From Octopus bimaculoides (taxonomy: Eukaryota), in assembly GCF_001194135.2 (NCBI RefSeq), contig NC_068992.1:21730029-21773402 (forward strand): a stretch of DNA of 43,374 bases, written 5' to 3'. The notes below the pieces were generated by a model. It did not search any database. It saw only the letters and a list, made by a program, of their open reading frames with translations, and had not been told where the DNA came from. Positions 37,687 through 43,374 of this stretch are shown one piece after another (positions within the stretch are counted from its first letter, which is position 1; every line of letters begins with the position of its first letter). The position numbers and the translations under genes are program-made.

Positions 37687-38939
37687 CCAAAGAATGTTAA
37701 TCTCAAAACAGTCAAAATAAAAAGAGAATGAATTATCTTAAACTCTCTCCTTTTTCTCCTACCTACCCCTGTCTTATATGTCAATCTACATACAACTGGA
37801 TGGTGGCAGTTGAAGGAAAAGTGATGACTAATTTAAGAAAGGAGTCGACAACCAAAAGGTTTGCCTGCTGGCCCTAATCAATAAGCTTTTCTCTCACTGG
37901 AAGTAAAATTTATCTCATCAACAAACCTGGTCTACTCCACCCTTATAAGTAGTGATTATATTTCAGCGGTTGTCATGGAAGTAGGAAATGTAAGTTGATA
38001 TTTGTCATTGTTAACAAGTTCGGTAACTGACAGTGCTATAATAGGAAATAGCACCAAGCACTAGGCTCAACCCTCTTCAGTCACAAAACGGAACTAGTTT
38101 CTGACGATTGTTCCATCTGTTTGTCATAGACACCCAGCTAACTCACAATTCAAATGGACGAATCAATGTCGGAGCGTATATGTGGTCACTTCACCTGCTA
38201 GAAACAGCAGTCAAATCTACTTTAAAACACAATCTACGTTCTTAAAAAATCACTAAGGATACATTAGATAATGCAGTCCCAGATACACTAAGCCTGATTT
38301 TAAAATGGGACAGACACGACTGGTATGTTTTTGATTATATATTCGCACGACCAGGGTTAACGCGGAAATAAAAAGAAAAAAAACACTCATCTACTACGCC
38401 AGCTTTATATATACAACAGTTAACTTGTGATTCAATCTTTTATGTAAATAAAGCCAATAAATACGAAAACAGTCGTCTTCCAACAACTATCTCCTGATAT
38501 GGAAGAAACTCGAAAGGCTAAAGTACACTGCACCCTCTCTCTCTCCTCTTGACTAAATGTAAATAGTGTATATAATATATATCACGTATATAAAATATAT
38601 TTTAAGAACCTATGATTAGTACTAGTTTCATGACGTAAAGAGCACGAAGATAAACTTTCCCATGAACAGAACACCAGTTTATCATAATTAATATTTAAGT
38701 TACTTTAAAAGGTCGTTTGAACCCCCAAATATATATATTAAACCTCAGCTAGTTATCTCTAAGCATAAAACAGACAAAGGGTGTTGATTAGTGATATGTC
38801 GTTTTCATATAATACGAATGTAAACAAAGACTTATTGATTTAACCAGAACGAGAACTGTAGAGACTGTGTTTATGAATTCAAGTAGTTATTAAATTAAAA
38901 TGATTTTTTTTTTTTAATTTTGAAAAGAAAAACACTCAC

Positions 38940-39005
38940 CAGTTCAGCAGGGCGCGAACCTGCCACATCGGAAGCACCAAGGTTGCGAACGAATTTCGGT
39001 GGCAT
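38940..39005 (-). CDS. VAMP4: VAMP4 coding exon 1 (MPPKFVRNLGASDVAGSRPAEL)
   Basis: ATG at 39005-39003, 66 nt, donor CTG|GTGAGT, phase 0. Resembles the vertebrate VAMP4 N-terminus MPPKFKRHLNDDDVTGSVKSER (recalled), also 22 aa. Confidence 0.92.
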
Positions 39006-39340
39006 GTTTACTTCTTACGAAATATTACTTTCCTAGTCAGCAGTGGAGCGGCCAGAAAGACTTACTAAATAAACGGAGAGGAATAAGAAGCGACTCACAT
39101 TGAAGACACTCCAGTGAATGTGTGTATTTCTAGGTGTGACTAATTGCAAGATAGAGAGATAGAGAGAGACCAGTTGAAAGGTCAAGGAAACAATATTGAA
39201 ATAAACGTGGTTAGTGTTGAGCGTTGACTAAACACACAATCAGGTGACGCAAATGAAACTTACAACAACCGGAAGCGGTGACACATTGACAGTTGTCCCT
39301 TCTACAAAGAACGGGGGACGTGCTGAGTAGTGCAACGAGA
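39006..39340 (-). promoter_or_regulatory. Candidate VAMP4 5' UTR/promoter region
   Basis: Locally CpG-richer than the flanks. ETS-type CCGGAAG at 39269-39275 and TGACG at 39245-39249. A minus-strand GTAAGT donor at 39263-39258 could end a non-coding first exon. TSS not determinable from sequence. Confidence 0.35.
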
Positions 39341-41373
39341 TATATAAATGCATGTAAATATATATGTGTGTACGTATGTATGTATATACATATATATTTT
39401 ATATTCTTCGAGTCAGTCTTGCTGTTCTGTTTCACCTGTGGGTGAACAGAATCTTCAGGCTTGACTGACAGTCGATGGGATTTGCACACACACACACACA
39501 TACATACATATATATATATATATAAGAATTTAAGGATTGGAGAAAACGCATGTTATAATTGCATACTTTATTCCTACATATGTTTCAAAGGATTACAAGC
39601 TGTGTGATCCATAGGGATCTTTGATATTAAAATACACATAATTATATATATATATATATANNNNNNNNNNNNNNNNNNNNNNNNNNNNNNNNNNNNNNNN
39701 NNNNNNNNNNNNNNNNNNNNNNNNNNNNNNNNNNNNNNNNNNNNNNNNNNNNNNNNNNNNNNNNNNNNNNNNNNNNNNNNNNNNNNNNNNNNNNNNNNNN
39801 NNNNNNNNNNNNNNNNNNNNNNNNNNNNNNNNNNNNNNNNNNNNNNNNNNNNNNNNNNNNNNNNNNNNNNNNNNNNNNNNNNNNNNNNNNNNNNNNNNNN
39901 NNNNNNNNNNNNNNNNNNNNNNNNNNNNNNNNNNNNNNNNNNNNNNNNNNNNNNNNNNNNNNNNNNNNNNNNNNNNNNNNNNNNNNNNNNNNNNNNNNNN
40001 NNNNNNNNNNNNNNNNNNNNNNNNNNNNNNNNNNNNNNNNNNNNNNNNNNNNNNNNNNNNNNNNNNNNNNNNNNNNNNNNNNNNNNNNNNNNNNNNNNNN
40101 NNNNNNNNNNNNNNNNNNNNNNNNNNNNNNNNNNNNNNNNNNNNNNNNNNNNNNNNNNNNNNNNNNNNNNNNNNNNNNNNNNNNNNNNNNNNNNNNNNNN
40201 NNNTCAACATCGGTTGTCAAGCGATGGTGGAAGAACAGAGACACACAAATTCATACATACACACATACACATACTCATACACAAATATATATGAGAATTT
40301 ACGAAAAAACGACAGACGAAGACAGGTGGTGTAAACAACAAATGGATGTATTAGTTTAACGCTCGGGAATAGAGAAAGTCTCTGACGGTTCGAGCTACGC
40401 TCTTCAAGTGAAAGGAACACAGAAAGAAATAAGGAGAAAAAAATATAAATGTAGTGGTCAGCGATCTATCATGGCGAATGCCGACGTTTTTACAATAACC
40501 CTATTCTGTGATTCGATGAACAATTTCATAAAAGTCAGGAAACTAAGATTTATTTTGCTTTATTTGAAAAATACGTACCCCCGACTTAGGAAATCGATCA
40601 CCACTTTTGATCCAAATAATGAAAAATTCTAGTGGGGCCCAAACGCCTACTCAAGTTTTTACCGAATTTGGTGTGCTGACTCAATGCAATGCAGAAATAG
40701 TATATGTGAAATCTCAGCTTTCGAGTTGAAGTAGTTTCGGCGTTATGGGCTTTTTAAACTATAATCACTAAATGGTACTAGATTCACACTTCAGTATTTC
40801 CGCTGCCTAAATCTTTGTAAACACAAGAGAGATGTGGAATAAAAGTGTATTTATACATTTTTAAGATTACTGAATTGAAATATTTCTATGCAAAGGTTCG
40901 AAACTAATCTATTTTAAGACAGAGGCCACTACAAGCATTCAATAACATACAAAATTAAAAACAATACATATTTTTACCTTTATAGGTTAATTCCAATTTT
41001 AAATAACTTTTAGTAGAAAGTGGGTTATACACCTTTAGATTGTATACCTGACTTTCTACTATAAAATAAGAAATAGACGGAACGCTGAACTCCAGACTAA
41101 ACAACTTAAACAACATTTATTTACTGGGTAAAACATACAAATCTTTTGTTATACATCTTTAGAGGTGAGAATAATGAGCTGTCGAGTATAAGACCGAAAG
41201 ATGTAGAGACAGCTTTAAACACACGTCCCTGCTCAATCGCTGGCCAGCGTGAAAGAGAATGAATTGAGCGGGAAATGCTTGCTTGTTTAATTCTACGCAT
41301 GCGCAGGCGTTACTACAAACTGTATAAGAAAAAGGGTGCTGAATGTTAGCAAATTTTTAAACATAACAAAGAA

Positions 41374-42560
41374 TTAATATGTTTTGTTAGATAAAATAAA
41401 TCGAAGCTGAAGTTTCTCCTTTTTACAAACATCATAAAGATCTTGAAGCCACTTGATTGCCTGTTCTGCACTCTGATCTGTTCTGGGAATTTCCAGTTTT
41501 GATGGTTCTCGACTCAAAAAGTTTTTTNNNNNNNNNNATTTGATGCTGACAACCAATAAATTGCGGTTCTTTCAAACCCTTTTGAGCAAACAGTCTTTGA
41601 AACTGCATGACAATGTCATTTCTTTTCTCAGTATTCACACTCGTTGTATCAGCGACAATCATCTTTACACAGTTCCATAAATTGTATTAATCTAAAACTG
41701 TTGTTATTCCTTTTACAACAATATCGGCTTTTTCGTTTTGTAATTGGAGTGGTTCTAACTTAACTTCTCTCTGTTCATTCTTTAAAACTAGCACTTGGTA
41801 TTCTTGGACATCAAAATGCAATAACCAGTTTTCAAAATGTAGTGTTTTCTTCATTTTCTTTTTTAGTTTAACAGCTTCTTCGATAGTCGATCTGTAAATA
41901 CCAGATTGGGAAGAGTCTCGACATTGATCCCATCTTGAGATAATTGTCGACAAACTGTTGCTGTTTTTTGGGTTGATAGCTTGGAAAATATTACTATCTT
42001 GGTTGCAGTTCCACTTTTGCTATACTTCCTCCTTGTTTGTGTGGAGTCTTCATCTGATTTTTCGGACTCTTGATATTCACTTTCAGTCTCTGCTTCAGAC
42101 GTTGACAAGGACACTGGAGTTGTTCTGGTTGAATTTGGCATTAAGGTAACTTTTCTTCTTTTAGATGGGTGGATAGTTTTGGAATTACCTGCCTTTCCAG
42201 TTGCGTACCCAACCTGTCCCTTGCCTTCAATATGAAGATAATATAACCTTCTATCCTCACTGCACAGCCATTCACCGTTTTCCTTTGTGATGTCAAAAAT
42301 TCCTTTCAATGAATCGTATTTTGCTCATTTTATACATTTATCGTAGGTATTCACCACTTTTTTTTTTTTTTACTTTTGCTTGTATATTTTGAATTAATAA
42401 ATATGGGAAATTTAATTTCTTTTGTCCCAAAAAAAAGTTACTTCTTTCGAAATTTCCTTTGTTCTTTCTTTCCTTCTTTTAATGGTACCTCCAAAGAACT
42501 GGTAGCGATCGACAATTTGAAGGTTCATCCGTATCCTGAAGTTGTTTTCCAAAGAATGCT
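41374..42560 (-). pseudogene. Decayed DNA-transposon (DDE, possibly hAT-like) transposase
   Basis: Consecutive frameshifted ORFs: ...KGIFDITKENGEWLCSEDRRLYY..., WLLHFDVQEYQVLVLKNEQREVKL, MIVADTTSVNT...FIGCQH, ...DQSAEQAIKWLQDLY. Acidic HFD and DTT motifs plus CxH resemble RNase H-fold transposases. Superfamily not certain. Confidence 0.7.
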
Positions 42561-43374
42561 CTTCTAGAGGAACAGGTCTTCTTTTCCTATGTGAGTTTTG
42601 AAATGACACAAGCACTGAGACATTAATCTGTTAATTTTTTAGCTAAACATTTTTTCCATTAATACTGTTTAATATTTCTTTTTATTTTATGGGATAAATA
42701 ACTAGTCTTTTTATTTCATTTCTTTGATTATACAATATAGCTAATTGTTTTATTATGACTTAAGTTATATAAAGTTTAATCTTTCATTCATAATAAAATT
42801 TTCATTCATGTTTTTATATCTATTTTCTATTCTTTTTCTTTACGCAATATTTTCACCAGACTTCTTTTAAATAAACGTTTTAGTCTAAAATCTTCTAGTT
42901 TAAACTATTGCATCGTGTAGATATGTGCTTCTTCTATCTATTATTTTAACCTAAAACTTCGTTCAAATTGTATTTTAAACGAAAAATTCGTTAAAGTTGG
43001 TTTTTTGCATATAATATACCTGTTAGCCTGTATTATAATGAATGTAGGGTTGATTATGGAATGCTTATAATTTTGATATTTTTAATAATATTTTTCTATC
43101 TTAATATGATAAGCATTTTATATACATTCATTTGTTATTTATTGTTGGTTAATATATACATTCTTTTATTTTTATTATTATTATTATTATTATTATTTTG
43201 ACTTGAAGATTAGCTATATTTTTGAATAGAATTGTTTTTCAATAGTTTTAATCGATTTAAATATTCTTTCTATTTGAAAATTGGTTATGAAACACGTGTA
43301 GTCGTTTTATTATCCTTATCTTATGATATTTACTTTGTATTATATTATACTTATTTATTGTGCTTTTACTTATT

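Overview
This is AT-rich, microsatellite- and SINE-dense animal DNA. The repeat landscape suggests a coleoid cephalopod, probably Octopus; that assignment is an inference. The window holds one host gene, a minus-strand VAMP4 (R-SNARE) ortholog. Five coding exons were assembled by hand: 39005-38940, 23857-23808, 20129-20085, 18324-18224 and 2182-2103. All junctions are GT-AG and in phase, giving MPPKFVRNLGASDVAGSRPAEL-VSLLNSGDSDDEDFFLK-GPRMGEKIADPKIGK-LQNQVGEVIDIMKDNVSRVMDRGCKLEDLQDRS-DDLVTNSDLFRSRAVNLRQRMWWQNCW. The transmembrane exon(s) were not found and probably lie left of the window. The introns are filled with tRNA-derived SINEs, RTE-LINE 3' tails, mariner remnants, hAT- and piggyBac-type MITEs and minisatellites. 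A decayed DDE transposase lies upstream at 41.4-42.6 kb. The most interesting signal is a tRNA-headed, SINE-like element carrying a minimal type I hammerhead ribozyme. It occurs as head-to-head palindromic dimers (17.2-17.6 kb with a 22-bp TSD, and 31.8-32.6 kb). Two other repeat families have hammerhead-shaped but variant cores, and one of them shows the same inverted, TSD-flanked architecture. Nearly all entries in the supplied ORF track are spurious repeat or N-gap ORFs.
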